Assembly: GCA_000092065.1 (NCBI GenBank)
Contig: CP000588.1
Direction: 5' to 3' (one strand)
Length of the DNA stretch: 64,000 nucleotides
DNA from: Ostreococcus lucimarinus
Lineage: Eukaryota
Below are positions 1 to 10,170 of the stretch, one piece after another (positions within the stretch are counted from its first letter, which is position 1; every line of letters starts with the position of its first letter). The translations under genes and the position numbers were made by a program. The notes under the pieces are model-generated. The model was not told where the DNA came from, ran no database searches, and was given only the letters and a program-made list of their open reading frames with translations.

Positions 1-2906
1 CAGCCCCGGATGACGACGCGGAGAAGGTTTTGGATCGCGCGTGGTACGACGACGACGAGGGCGGCGGCGCGCACGGCGACGCGCACAACCCTTTTAACAC
101 GAACGCACGGGATGAGGCGCGTTACGCGAACAAAGAACAAGAATACGCGAAAAGGTTGACTCGACGCGACGGGTCGCTCATGTCCATGGCTGCGTCGCGA
201 CGCGTCAGTCAACTCAACGCCGATTCAAATCAATGGGAAGAAAATCGTATGATGACGTCCGGTGTGATTCGCACCAAGGAAATTGATTTGGATTTTGATG
301 ACATGGAAGAAAACCGCGCGGTTTTGCTCGTGCACGACACGAAACCGCCATTCTTAGACGGCCGTATGGTGTTCACGAAGCAGCAAGAGACTGTCGTACC
401 GGTGAAGGACGTCACGAGCGACATGGCGCAAATCGCGCGCAAAGGAAGCGCGTTGGTGAAGGAAGTGCGTACGAAGCGAGAGGAGAACAAAGGTCGGGAT
501 CGATTTTGGGAAATGAAAGGGTCGAAGATGGGATCGATCACGGGTACGACACAAGCTGAAAACAAGGAAGCCGCGGAAAACGCGCAAGCGGCGAAAGGTC
601 GCGATGACGACAGACCAGACGTCGTCGGCGCGGACGGCGAAATCGATTTCAAGGCTGGCGCCAAGTTTGCCGAGCACATGAAAGGTTCGAAGGCGAGCGC
701 ACAAAGCGAGTTCGCGAAGACGAAGACGATCAAAGAACAGCGTGAGTTCTTACCTGTGTACGGTTGTCGCGAAGACTTGATGCATGTCATTCGCGAAAAT
801 CAAATCGTAGTCGTCGTCGGCGAAACCGGAAGCGGTAAGACGACGCAAATGACGCAATACATGCACGAGGAAGGTTACTCCACATTCGGGATGGTCGGTT
901 GCACTCAACCCCGTCGTGTAGCTGCAATGAGCGTCGCGAAGCGTGTGAGCGAGGAAATGGGCTGTGAACTAGGTAAGGAAGTCGGTTACGCCATTCGATT
1001 CGAGGACTGCACGGGGCCTGATACGATTATCAAGTACATGACGGATGGCGTGCTTCTTCGAGAAACTTTGCGCGAACCTGATCTTAACATGTACAGCTGT
1101 ATCATCATGGACGAAGCGCACGAACGATCGTTACACACTGACGTTCTATTCGGTATTCTGAAGAAAGTTGTCGCGCGCCGTCGCGATTTCAAGCTCATCG
1201 TCACGTCGGCGACGTTGAACGCAGAAAAGTTTAGTAACTTCTTTGGATCGGTGCCGGTTTTCCACATTCCTGGTCGCACGTTCCCGGTCGATATTCTGTA
1301 CTCCAAGACACCCGTGGAGGATTACGTCGAAGCTGCGGTGAAGCAAGCGCTCACTGTGCATCTCTCGTCGGGACCGGGTGACATTTTGATCTTCATGACG
1401 GGTCAAGAAGAAATCGAGACGGTGACGTACACGTTGGAAGAGCGCGTCGAGCAGTTGATGAGCGAAGGCACGTGTCCACCGCTGAACGTTTTACCAATCT
1501 ACTCACAACTCCCGAGCGATTTGCAGGCGAAGATTTTTCAAGACGCAGAGGATGGTAACCGAAAGTGCATCGTCAGTACGAACATCGCGGAGACGTCGCT
1601 CACGCTCGACGGCGTCATGTACGTCATCGACAGTGGTTATTGCAAACTTTCAGTGTTTAATCCTCGAATGGGTATGAATGCTTTGCAAGTTTTCCCTTGC
1701 GCGCAAGCTGCGGTGAATCAACGCAGCGGCCGCGCCGGTCGTACTGGACCAGGGACGTGCTATCGCCTGTACACGGAGATGGCGTTCAAGCACGAAATGC
1801 TCGTCTCGACGGTTCCCGAGATTCAACGCACCAACTTGGGTAACGTCGTGTTACTTTTGAAGTCGCTCAACGTGGATAACTTGTTAGATTTTGACTTCAT
1901 GGATCCTCCTCCCCAAGAAAATATCTTGAACAGCATGTATTCCCTGTGGATTTTAGGCGCGCTCGACAACACTGGCGGGCTCACGAAACTCGGCTCGAAG
2001 ATGGTTGAGTTTCCCGTCGACCCGCCGCTGGCGCAGATGCTCATCAAAGCGGAAGAAACGGGCTGCTCGAACGAAATGCTCACCGTCGTCGCGATGTTAT
2101 CGGTTCCGTCAGTGTGGTTCAGGCCGAAGGATCGAGAGGAAGAATCCGACGCCGCGCGCGAAAAGTTCTTCGTTCCCGAAAGCGACCACTTGACGTTGCT
2201 CAACGTGTACCAGCAATGGAAAAATAACGGGTACAGGAACGATTGGTGCAACAAGCATTTCATTCAGGGCAAAGGTCTGAAGAAAGGTAGAGAGGTGCGC
2301 GCGCAATTGATGGATATCATGAAGCAACAGAAAATCCCGCTCGTGAGCTGTGGGCAAGATTGGGACGTCTGCCGTCGATCCATCGCCGCCGCGTACTTTC
2401 ATCAAGCGGCGCGTTTGAAAGGCGTCGGTGAGTATGTCAATGCTCGCAATGGTATGCCTTGCCACCTTCATCCGAGCTCAGCGCTTTATGGTCTGGGTTA
2501 CACTCCTGATTACGTCGTATACCACGAACTCATCATGACATCGAAAGAATACATGCAATGCGTCACCGCCGTCGAACCGCACTGGCTCGCCGAATTCGGA
2601 CCGATGTTTTTCACGCTCAAGGAGAGCCATTCGAGCATGTTGAAATCAAAGGCGAAGCGCAAAGAGGACAAGGCGAAGATGGAGGCTGAAATGCAAGCTA
2701 AACGCGATGAGGAAGCACAGCTGCAAGAAGCGCAGCGCACGCGAGAAGAAGATCGCCGCGCGAGACAAAGGAGTCAAATCGTGACGCCGGGGCAACGCAG
2801 CGCGGCGACGACGCCGCGCGTAGATTACGGAACGTCGCGTCCCCCATCGAGCGTTCGGCGCGGTGCGGGTGGCCGGACGCCGGGAAGAAAACGCTTTGGA
2901 CTATAG
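1..2906 (+). CDS. PRP16: Pre-mRNA-splicing factor ATP-dependent RNA helicase PRP16 (DEAH-box, DHX38 orthologue); 5' end truncated by the window edge (frame open back to nt 1)
   Basis: 958-aa ORF collinear with human DHX38 over almost its whole length ([41 protein letters not shown]-terminal TPGRKRFGL). No in-frame ATG at the ORF start; the first codon is TTG and the frame continues upstream. Confidence 0.92.
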   Translation, partial: APDDDAEKVLDRAWYDDDEGGGAHGDAHNPFNTNARDEARYANKEQEYAKRLTRRDGSLMSMAASRRVSQLNADSNQWEENRMMTSGVIRTKEIDLDFDDMEENRAVLLVHDTKPPFLDGRMVFTKQQETVVPVKDVTSDMAQIARKGSALVKEVRTKREENKGRDRFWEMKGSKMGSITGTTQAENKEAAENAQAAKGRDDDRPDVVGADGEIDFKAGAKFAEHMKGSKASAQSEFAKTKTIKEQREFLPVYGCREDLMHVIRENQIVVVVGETGSGKTTQMTQYMHEEGYSTFGMVGCTQPRRVAAMSVAKRVSEEMGCELGKEVGYAIRFEDCTGPDTIIKYMTDGVLLRETLREPDLNMYSCIIMDEAHERSLHTDVLFGILKKVVARRRDFKLIVTSATLNAEKFSNFFGSVPVFHIPGRTFPVDILYSKTPVEDYVEAAVKQALTVHLSSGPGDILIFMTGQEEIETVTYTLEERVEQLMSEGTCPPLNVLPIYSQLPSDLQAKIFQDAEDGNRKCIVSTNIAETSLTLDGVMYVIDSGYCKLSVFNPRMGMNALQVFPCAQAAVNQRSGRAGRTGPGTCYRLYTEMAFKHEMLVSTVPEIQRTNLGNVVLLLKSLNVDNLLDFDFMDPPPQENILNSMYSLWILGALDNTGGLTKLGSKMVEFPVDPPLAQMLIKAEETGCSNEMLTVVAMLSVPSVWFRPKDREEESDAAREKFFVPESDHLTLLNVYQQWKNNGYRNDWCNKHFIQGKGLKKGREVRAQLMDIMKQQKIPLVSCGQDWDVCRRSIAAAYFHQAARLKGVGEYVNARNGMPCHLHPSSALYGLGYTPDYVVYHELIMTSKEYMQCVTAVEPHWLAEFGPMFFTLKESHSSMLKSKAKRKEDKAKMEAEMQAKRDEEAQLQEAQRTREEDRRARQRSQIVTPGQRSAATTPRVDYGTSRPPSSVRRGAGGRTPGRKRFGL

Positions 2907-2960
2907 ATAGGATTGTAGATTAGCTAATTTTAGACAACCATTACAACGTTTCTAGTCATC

Positions 2961-5405
2961 TCAGTTAGTGGTAACCGCTAAGCGCTTCAAATGATCCATG
3001 AACACTTGCAGACTCACGTCATCCGTGAAAATGATGTCCGATCCGCCACCCATCGTCGCGCTCGAGTTGTACGTCGCGCTCGGATTCAATTTGGCCAACA
3101 AAAAGCGCGCCTGAGAGCCGTGCTGATCGCAATCAACCAAACGCGGCACGGGGAATCTAGTGGCGATTATTTGTTCCGCCTCCGCCTTGGGCGCCGCGAG
3201 CAAGTCTTTGAACGCCACGTGCTCTGGCTGATCTTGATAGTTCGCCTTTCGCCACTGCGCGATCGTCATACCGTGGAAAACGACAACACTGAAGTAAGCG
3301 TCGAGGACCAAGATTTTGTCCGCGGCGATCGAGCACACGTCCAGCAATACGGGCTCGGGAGGACCGTTGAAGGAGTACGCCGTCAACGTGGGTTGAATCA
3401 TCACCAACGAATTGAAGACGTTTTCACGCATCAAAATCATGCGGAAATACGCCGTCTCGTCGGGCGAATTGTTGAACACTTGCACGAACTGCGATCGTCG
3501 CAAGTTGAACATGAACTGCGGGTAAATGCTAAATTGCGGCATGAGCTGAAACGAATGCGGATCGTCCTTTCTGTAATCGCCAAAGCGCTGGCACAGCTGG
3601 ATGAGCTTGCGATCGAGCCATCTCGTCGCCGCGGGGCAATCCGTTTCTTCCTCAGTCTCCATCTTCCAAGACAACTGCCTAGCGACGAGCACGGCTGCGG
3701 CTTCTTGATCGAACCCGGCGGCGATGTCGTTCAAATTTTGTCCTTCGGTCCAACGACGACTCGTCGTGATGACGCGCATGCGCGTCTCGCCGCTGGGGAG
3801 CGTGTACGTGCACAGAAATTGCAGGTAAAACTGTTGCGCTTGCTGCCCTTGCATGGCCATCGGCTGTTGATCTTTCCCACCCGGATTCGCAACATCAAAG
3901 TACACCGCCAGAGACGTTTCGTTCGTGAGTGTGCAAAGCTTCCACGCCGTCGTTCCGCCGCTACCGATGGGCGTGTCGCTCGTCGCGCCTGGCAAACCTT
4001 TTCGATCGAGCGCAGCGCATGGTCCGATCACCCCCGCTGTCCTCACGTCGCGGCTCGTGATTACTTCGAACTGTCCGTTGTACGCGATTCCCAATCCACC
4101 CTCAGCGTCTGGGGCGAAAAGTTTTTGAAACGACGTCTTGAACACGGTGTGCGAAAACGACTCAGCCAGCACGACGTTCCCGCCAGTCTTTTCCACGCAA
4201 ACTTTCATCTCCGCCAGTCCGACTTGATCGAGCGCGCACGCGAACACGTCCAACACGTGTCCATTCGCGCACAGGTTGATCGCCACCTGTTCGTAATACT
4301 TTTTGGCCTTGTGATAAAACGGCGCCGCGCCCTTGACTATGTCCTTGTGCGATCGCACCGCCTGCTCCATATCTTTCGCCACGATCGTTCCACCTCCATC
4401 CGTAGCCGCGCCGCCGGTGAATAACATCGCCCTCGCGTTCATCCCGATCGCGGACGTGGACAACAGACAAGACGCCACCATGAGCGCCGTGCCCGTGCAT
4501 CGCGACCGTCGGCACGACGGCAACGGCGCGAACGCGTCTCGCTGCAATTCCTCCAAAATCGCCGTAAACTGAAATTCACACTCGCTCAGCGGCACCAAGA
4601 ACTTGCTCGTCGGCATCGCTCCCGGGTGTGCGCCGTTCATCCCCGGCTGCGCGCCCGCCATCCCCGGAGCTCGACCGTTCGTCTGCCGGTGCCCGCCCCC
4701 GAGCGTCAACTGGTCCTTAATCTGCTGTTGCGTAAACTCCTTATTTCCCCGAAACACGTACGATTTCGGGCAATCCGCGAACCCCAACTCGTGCACGTGC
4801 ACGTGCGTCCCGAACGTCACCAACCCAACCCGCGCGTCCTCCGGCAACAGACTCAGCGCCTGCGTCAGCGCCTGCTTCAGCGCCGTCAACTCCTCCTCCT
4901 CCGCGCACGCGTCGACGACGAACAGATACCCCGGTCCGCATCCCGTCCCCTGTCCCGCTCGCGGCACCGCGTACTCTATCGTCGTGTAGCTCGGGAACAG
5001 CTCCGCCGGCAGATTCGTCTCGCTCAGCGCGTTGTAGTGCGGCGGAAAGTGATTCCTCGCGTGGCACAGGCAGCACACCCAGATCTTGCTCGCGAAATCC
5101 ACCCTCGCGTACGGGTTCAGCCCCCCCCCGCACCCCTTGCACCGCACGCACTCGTACGGCACGCGCGGCGCGACCTCCGACGCGATCTCTCGCAGCGGCG
5201 TGACGACCGCGCCGAACGGCACGACGCACTTCGTCATCTCGGCTCGCGAATTCGCCACCACGTTCCACGACATTCGCACGCCGTCGCACGCCTCCAGCGC
5301 GCTCCAATCCACGCCCGCGCGCGCGACATCGTTGGCGCTCCGCGCGCGCGCCGCGGGGTCGTCGCGCGACGCCATGACGGCGTCGTCGTGTGCCGATCGA
5401 CGCAT
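2961..5405 (-). CDS. SEC23: COPII coat protein Sec23
   Basis: 817-aa ORF collinear with Sec23A (zinc-finger CxxC..CxxC, trunk, beta-sandwich, helical and gelsolin-like regions; C-terminal [18 protein letters not shown]). First ATG at 5405; alternative ATG at 5375. Confidence 0.92.
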   Translation of the reverse strand: MRRSAHDDAVMASRDDPAARARSANDVARAGVDWSALEACDGVRMSWNVVANSRAEMTKCVVPFGAVVTPLREIASEVAPRVPYECVRCKGCGGGLNPYARVDFASKIWVCCLCHARNHFPPHYNALSETNLPAELFPSYTTIEYAVPRAGQGTGCGPGYLFVVDACAEEEELTALKQALTQALSLLPEDARVGLVTFGTHVHVHELGFADCPKSYVFRGNKEFTQQQIKDQLTLGGGHRQTNGRAPGMAGAQPGMNGAHPGAMPTSKFLVPLSECEFQFTAILEELQRDAFAPLPSCRRSRCTGTALMVASCLLSTSAIGMNARAMLFTGGAATDGGGTIVAKDMEQAVRSHKDIVKGAAPFYHKAKKYYEQVAINLCANGHVLDVFACALDQVGLAEMKVCVEKTGGNVVLAESFSHTVFKTSFQKLFAPDAEGGLGIAYNGQFEVITSRDVRTAGVIGPCAALDRKGLPGATSDTPIGSGGTTAWKLCTLTNETSLAVYFDVANPGGKDQQPMAMQGQQAQQFYLQFLCTYTLPSGETRMRVITTSRRWTEGQNLNDIAAGFDQEAAAVLVARQLSWKMETEEETDCPAATRWLDRKLIQLCQRFGDYRKDDPHSFQLMPQFSIYPQFMFNLRRSQFVQVFNNSPDETAYFRMILMRENVFNSLVMIQPTLTAYSFNGPPEPVLLDVCSIAADKILVLDAYFSVVVFHGMTIAQWRKANYQDQPEHVAFKDLLAAPKAEAEQIIATRFPVPRLVDCDQHGSQARFLLAKLNPSATYNSSATMGGGSDIIFTDDVSLQVFMDHLKRLAVTTN

Positions 5406-5491
5406 TCGCGCCAACGAATCATCACCTCATTCGACGAATCGACGCGCGACGACGCGCGCACACGGCGACGCGCGCCGGATCGCGTCGCGCG

Positions 5492-6880
5492 ATGTCGCGC
5501 GCGTCGTCGCGCGTCGCGCCGGCGCTGGCTCGGCGCGCGCGCGCGGCGACGCGCGACGCGCGGGGCGCGACGACGACGACGCGCGACGACGACGCGACGC
5601 GACGACGACGACGCGCGACGACGGAGGCGCGCGACGACGGGCAGCGACGCGCGCTGGACGCGCTGGAGCGGTTCTACGACGGCGCGCGCCTCGGGACGCG
5701 CGCGGGGCGAGGGGTGTACCTGCACGGAGGCGTCGGGCGAGGGAAGACGGCGCTCGCGGACGCGACGAGCGAGGACGCGAGAGAAAAGGGCGGACTCGAG
5801 GTCGAGCGAACGCATTTTCACGCGTTCATGGCGAGGATACATCGAGCGCTGCACGAGAGCGCGATGAAGGCGCGCGGCGAGGGCGGGGGGGGGGCGGATG
5901 ATCCGCTGTGGACGCTGGGGAAAAACATGGCGACGAAGACGCGGCAACACGTGCTGTGCCTGGACGAGATGGAGATCAGCGACGTGGCGGACGCGATGGT
6001 GATCGAGAGGTTGATGCGATCGTACTTCGCGCACGGCGGAGCGCTGGTGACGACGTCGAATTGCGCGCCGGAAAGATTGTATTACGGTGGGATTAATCGA
6101 GCGGCGTTCGCGGGATTCGCGGACGGGTTGCGAGCGCGGTGCGAAGTGGTGGATTTGGACGCGCGCGAGAGCGTGGATTATCGTCGGCGCGCGCGCGATG
6201 AAGACGTGGAGGATGGAGTGATCTTCGTCGGCGATGACGACGCGACGCGTGAGCGACTGTCGCGCGCGTGGGATCGTTTCACGCGAGACGCCGAAGGCGA
6301 ACGCGAAGTCGACGCCGACGTCGGCCGTCTGCGCGCGAAGGCTCGCGTGGGCGCGCACGCGAGGTTCACGTTCGATGATATTTGCGGGCGGCGATCGCGC
6401 GCGGCGCCGAGCGATTACGTCGCGCTCGCCGAGCGATTCAAAGTGATTTGCGTGGAGGACGTCCCGAGACTGCCCGTCGACGCGAGCGAAAACGAAGCGC
6501 GGCGGTTCATCAACCTCATCGACGTCTTATACGAGCATCGCGTCGTGCTCCTGGCGAATCTATGGACGTCCCCCGACGATCTCTTCGACGTCGTCGACGG
6601 CGCCGTCGACGATTCCGACGCGTTCCGCGAGCTCGCGCCTCGCGAACGCACGCGAATCGAAAACGCGTTTCAGAGCACGCTTTCCGTCACCCGGGACGGC
6701 GGCAGCAGCGGTCGCTCGACGACGATGCTCGCTCCCGAGCTCGAGTGGTCCGCCACCGGTCGCGTCGGCGCCTCGTTAGCGCACGTCTCCGGCGTCAATT
6801 TCACGCTCGCCGCGAGTCCGCGCGCCGCGTCTCGCTTGCACCACATGCGCTCGAGCGCGTATTTCAATACTTCTCCCTAG
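5492..6880 (+). CDS. AFG1/LACE1 (ZapE) family ATPase, probably mitochondrial
   Basis: Walker A GVGRGKTAL, VLCLDEMEISDVADAMV (Walker B-like), RFINLIDVLYEHRVVLLAN, and AFG1-type C-terminal SRLHHM motif. The Arg-rich N-terminus looks like a presequence. The ORF opens at 5390 with GTG; the first ATG is at 5492. Confidence 0.8.
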   Translation: MSRASSRVAPALARRARAATRDARGATTTTRDDDATRRRRRATTEARDDGQRRALDALERFYDGARLGTRAGRGVYLHGGVGRGKTALADATSEDAREKGGLEVERTHFHAFMARIHRALHESAMKARGEGGGGADDPLWTLGKNMATKTRQHVLCLDEMEISDVADAMVIERLMRSYFAHGGALVTTSNCAPERLYYGGINRAAFAGFADGLRARCEVVDLDARESVDYRRRARDEDVEDGVIFVGDDDATRERLSRAWDRFTRDAEGEREVDADVGRLRAKARVGAHARFTFDDICGRRSRAAPSDYVALAERFKVICVEDVPRLPVDASENEARRFINLIDVLYEHRVVLLANLWTSPDDLFDVVDGAVDDSDAFRELAPRERTRIENAFQSTLSVTRDGGSSGRSTTMLAPELEWSATGRVGASLAHVSGVNFTLAASPRAASRLHHMRSSAYFNTSP

Positions 6881-6919
6881 CGCCCATCCCCAGAACCGCA
6901 CGCCCGCTCGCGCGCGACC

Positions 6920-7114
6920 ATGTTCGCCGCCGCCCGCCCCCGAACGATCGCGCGACCGTCCGTTCGCGCCGCCGCGTCCGCGAGGCGCGCGTCTCGCGCC
7001 GCCGCGCGCGTCCACGCGCGCGCGAACGACGGTGACGTCAACGTGGATCGCCGCGAGTTCGTTCGCAACGCCGCGTTCGCGGCGCTGTCCGCGACGCTCG
7101 TCGCCCCGCGAGAG
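6920..7114 (+). CDS. PSB27: Photosystem II repair protein Psb27, exon 1 (chloroplast transit peptide plus twin-arginine thylakoid lumen signal RREFVRNAAFAALSATLVAP)
   Basis: ATG at 6920, Ala/Arg/Ser-rich transit peptide, RRxFV TAT motif. GTGCGC donor immediately after codon GAG at 7112-7114. Confidence 0.65.
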
Positions 7115-7367
7115 GTGCGCGCGCGAGCGATGCGCGCGATCGATGACGCGCGAGCGACGCGCGCGCGCGGGAGACGCGAGCGAGGCCGCGCGCGCGGTCG
7201 GGACGGCGGGGACGCCTTATCGGGACGGTTCGGCGTGCGCGACGGCGACGCGCGGCGACGCGGGGACGCGGCGACGCGCGCGCGCGAGGGCAGCGACGAA
7301 TGATTCGACCGCGGATCGCGCGATTCGATGACTGACGACGACGGCACGGGCGCGTGGACGTTCGCAG
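7115..7367 (+). other. Intron of Psb27 (253 nt, GTGCGC...CTGAC...CAG)
   Basis: Donor GTGCGC at 7115; CTGAC about 33 nt upstream of the CAG acceptor at 7365-7367. Joining restores the frame to the conserved Psb27 C-terminal domain. Confidence 0.55.
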
Positions 7368-7712
7368 GCGCGCGCGGGTTTCTTCGGCGGGGATAAGGAG
7401 GAAAAGTACCAGACGGAGACGAAAGCCATCATCGAGCAAGTGAAGCAGACGTTGGAGATGGCGCCCGGTACGGAAGGTCGCGAAGAGTCTATTAACACGA
7501 CGCGCAACATGACCAACGCGTGGGTGGCGAAGTACCGCAGAGATAATAAGACGACGGGCAAGCCGTCGTACGGTCAGGTGTACAGCGCGTTGAACGCGGT
7601 GAGCGGTCACTTCAACAACTTTGGCACCAAGTACCCGTTCCCGGCGAAGAGAAAGGATCGCGTGTTCGCGGAATTCGAGCAGGCTGAGCTCTTGCTTTCG
7701 CGCGGAAGATAA
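7368..7712 (+). CDS. PSB27: Photosystem II repair protein Psb27, exon 2 (mature domain)
   Basis: Translation ...SINTTRNMTNAWVAKYRRDNKTTGKPSYGQVYSALNAVSGHFNNFGTKYPFPAKRKDRVFAEFEQAELLLSRGR closely matches Arabidopsis Psb27-H1 (SWVAKYRREK...IYSALNAVSGHY..FGPTAPIPAKRKARILEE..TAEKALTRGR). Stop TAA at 7710-7712. Confidence 0.85.
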   Translation, partial: ARAGFFGGDKEEKYQTETKAIIEQVKQTLEMAPGTEGREESINTTRNMTNAWVAKYRRDNKTTGKPSYGQVYSALNAVSGHFNNFGTKYPFPAKRKDRVFAEFEQAELLLSRGR

Positions 7713-7845
7713 TTTTTCGGTATGCGTTCGAGCGCCGAGTGCAATGACAAGAAAACCAAAACGTTTTGCTCGCTCGCGGCGTCGAGTCTCGCCCGCGCCA
7801 TCGTCGTCGTCCCTTTTCGAACGTTACAACCGTCTACGCGTTACG

Positions 7846-8418
7846 TTATTTCGACGCGCGCTCGCACAATTCGTCGTCGATCTGTCGAAGGACGCCGACG
7901 ATGAATTCTTCGCAGCTCTTTTTCAGCGCCGCGTAGCACGCGTCCTCGCGCTCGCGATGTTCCTTCTTGCGGTTTTCGACTTTGATCTCAAACGCGCACT
8001 CCTCATCTTCGGCGCAATCGCGGGAGAACTCAGGGATGTGAATCGTACCCTGAACCTCCACTGCCGCCTCGTCTCCGTCTTCGTCTTCGCCGTCTTCGCC
8101 GTCTTCTTCGGCGAACGAAGCGCGCCACTCCAGCGTCGTCTCGAAATCAAACCCATGTCGCGGTTTCCCTCGAATCATCACCACGCTCGCATCGCCTTCG
8201 CACTTCTTCACCCCGACCACGCGCGCGACGACGCCCGCGAACGCGCCGTCCAAGTCAAACTTTCCTCGCTCGACGACGAGCGTCTCCAGGCGCGCGCGCG
8301 CCCAATCCGTGTGCCCTCGCTCTTCCCACGTCCCCGCCGCGTTCCACGCCGATATCTGCGTCGATGACACTTGTCTCGTCAACGCCGCCGCTTCCTCGCT
8401 CGTGATTCGCTGCGTCAT
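7846..8418 (-). CDS. Activator of Hsp90 ATPase, N-terminal domain only (Aha1_N, Hch1-like)
   Basis: 190-aa ORF aligns with the AHSA1 N-domain (NWHWTE..W region = ISAWNAAGTWEERGHTDW; KGHVEIPNLSDE = QGTIHIPEFSRD). No Aha1 C-terminal domain was found downstream on this strand. Confidence 0.7.
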   Translation of the reverse strand: MTQRITSEEAAALTRQVSSTQISAWNAAGTWEERGHTDWARARLETLVVERGKFDLDGAFAGVVARVVGVKKCEGDASVVMIRGKPRHGFDFETTLEWRASFAEEDGEDGEDEDGDEAAVEVQGTIHIPEFSRDCAEDEECAFEIKVENRKKEHREREDACYAALKKSCEEFIVGVLRQIDDELCERASK

Positions 8419-8439
8419 TCAACAGTCGTTCCTCGTCAG

Positions 8440-8446
8440 TCGTCGT

Positions 8447-8477
<31 letters not shown>

Positions 8478-8478
8478 G
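8440..8478. repeat. (GTC)n trinucleotide microsatellite (about 12 units)
   Basis: gtcgttcgtcgtcgtcgtcgtcgtcgtcgtcgtcg in the spacer between the Aha1-N gene and the LRAT-like gene. A similar (GTC)n run is at about 14150-14240 inside the JmjC gene N-terminal region (poly-Asp on the minus strand). Confidence 0.7.
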
Positions 8479-8879
8479 CTCGCGTCGTCGCTCCCCCGCT
8501 CCGCACCTTCGCCGTCGCCGCCGGCGCCTCTCCCGCGTTCCGACCGTGCCAATAATGATACGACAGCTCGCCCTTCCCGTCGCCGTCGCGCCGTCGCGCG
8601 CGCGCGTCGTCGTCGTCGTCGCTCATGGCGTCGAAAGATGTTCCACGACCGTCGAACCTCCCCTCTCGCGCGCGCGCGCGCGTCGTCGCGCGCGCGCGCG
8701 CGACGCCGACGCCGCGCGCGCGATCCGCGTCGCGTCGCGCGCGCGATCCGCGTCGCGCGCGCCGCGCGACGCGTCGTCGCGCGTCGCGATGTGCGCGCGC
8801 CCGCGTCGTCACAAATCGCCGCGCGCGGCGCCGCCGCCGACGCCTCGCGCGACGCGCGCGCGGCGAGCGACGCGAAACG

Positions 8880-10124
8880 ATGCGCGTCGACGACGGCGCG
8901 CGCGACGGCGCGCGAGGCGACGGCGCGCGCGACGCGACGCGCGAGGGATGGACGACCGGGCGCGATGCGTCGACGGTGTCGCGCGCGCGCCTGCACGGCG
9001 CGCCGCGCGGCCGCGCGCGCGGACGCGCGTGGCCGCGCCGAGGACGCGCGCGACGACCGGGAGACGTCGTGTTCTGGCATCGCGTCGCGCGCGAGTTTTT
9101 CGACGTCGGGTTCGAGCACTGGGCGGTGTACGTCGGACGCGTCGGCGTCGCGGACGACGCGCTGGGGATTTGGCGGTGGATGCGGGACGGCGACGACGTC
9201 GACGCGGCGGTGGAGTGCGTGGTGCACCTGTGGGGGGCGCCCGAGGGCGGCGAGGACGAGGGAGGGGAGAGGAATCGAGACATGGACGCGAACGCGGCGT
9301 GCGTGCTGAGCCCGCTGGCGGACGTCGGCGAGGACCCGAGGTGCGGGAACGAGCGGTTCGACGCGACGCACGCGCCGCTGAGAATCGGAGAGATCGTCGA
9401 TCGGTGTCGATTGGCGGTGGATCAGGGGTTCTACGAGGGACGATACGGGGCGTATTGCGTGCGGGCGAATAACTGCGAGCACTTCGCCACGTGGGCGCGG
9501 TACGGGGTTCGATTCAGTCAGCAAATCGAAGACACGGTGTCGTTGGGGGTGAACATAGCGCGAGTCGCGGCGTCGCTGTTGGCGCGGCGAGACGTGGGGA
9601 CGGATCCGAACGCGATGAACATGGCGAAGCATCTCATCATGGGCACGCGCGTCAATCCCAACGACGAAGAGGAAATCGCGGCCGCCGTCAAGGACATGCA
9701 CGGCGGCGAGTCGCCAAAGTACACCGCCGAGGAAGACGTGGCGTATGTTCTTGACTATATCATCGATCGCGTCGACGTCGAGGTCGAAGATCAGCTCGAG
9801 AGAGACCGTGAGAGAGTGCACGTGCCGTGGTCTTCGAGACCGGTGCCGGCGAGTCGCGAAATCGCGACGCTTTCGTTCGGTCGCGCGCGCTCGGTTCGTC
9901 CGGGTGTGCCCGAGGAAGAAGAGTCGCTCTCCATCACTGCTGGTCAAGTGTCGGCGTTCGCCGGTCAGGTTGGTAGATTCGTCGGTCAAGCGTCCACGAG
10001 CGCGTTTCGCATATTGGGCGCCGGTTTGGAGGAATTGGCCAGAACAAGTCAACCGCCGCCGAGCGCGGATCCACCGATCTCGCCGCCAGCGACGACCGCG
10101 GGCGAACGCGAAACCGATAGCTGA
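8880..10124 (+). CDS. LRAT/PLAAT (H-RAS-like suppressor, NlpC/P60 superfamily) domain protein
   Basis: HWAVYVG..., catalytic-type C in YCVRANNCEHFATWARYG (NCEHF motif of the LRAT family). The Arg-rich sequence upstream of 8880 in the 8625 ORF looks non-coding. Start is uncertain. Confidence 0.6.
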   Translation: MRVDDGARDGARGDGARDATREGWTTGRDASTVSRARLHGAPRGRARGRAWPRRGRARRPGDVVFWHRVAREFFDVGFEHWAVYVGRVGVADDALGIWRWMRDGDDVDAAVECVVHLWGAPEGGEDEGGERNRDMDANAACVLSPLADVGEDPRCGNERFDATHAPLRIGEIVDRCRLAVDQGFYEGRYGAYCVRANNCEHFATWARYGVRFSQQIEDTVSLGVNIARVAASLLARRDVGTDPNAMNMAKHLIMGTRVNPNDEEEIAAAVKDMHGGESPKYTAEEDVAYVLDYIIDRVDVEVEDQLERDRERVHVPWSSRPVPASREIATLSFGRARSVRPGVPEEEESLSITAGQVSAFAGQVGRFVGQASTSAFRILGAGLEELARTSQPPPSADPPISPPATTAGERETDS

Positions 10125-10170
10125 TTAGATCTAGGACTGAAGTATAGTTACACAGTTACACGATCCGTAG

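Noticed and set aside
4626-5867. 413-aa plus-strand ORF (and 5234..6358 minus, 5086..5901 plus) overlapping Sec23 and AFG1
   Set aside because: Arg/Ala/Pro-rich, no domain, antisense or out-of-frame to well-supported genes. Typical spurious ORF of a GC-rich genome.
9495-9515. GGGGTTCGATTC T-loop-like motif suggesting a tRNA
   Set aside because: It lies inside the LRAT-like coding frame, with no acceptor-stem or anticodon-arm complementarity around it.
8436-10052. 538-aa minus-strand ORF and 8255..9283 / 8309..9472 ORFs
   Set aside because: Antisense to the LRAT-like gene. Compositionally Arg-rich with homopolymeric T and D runs. No recognisable domains.
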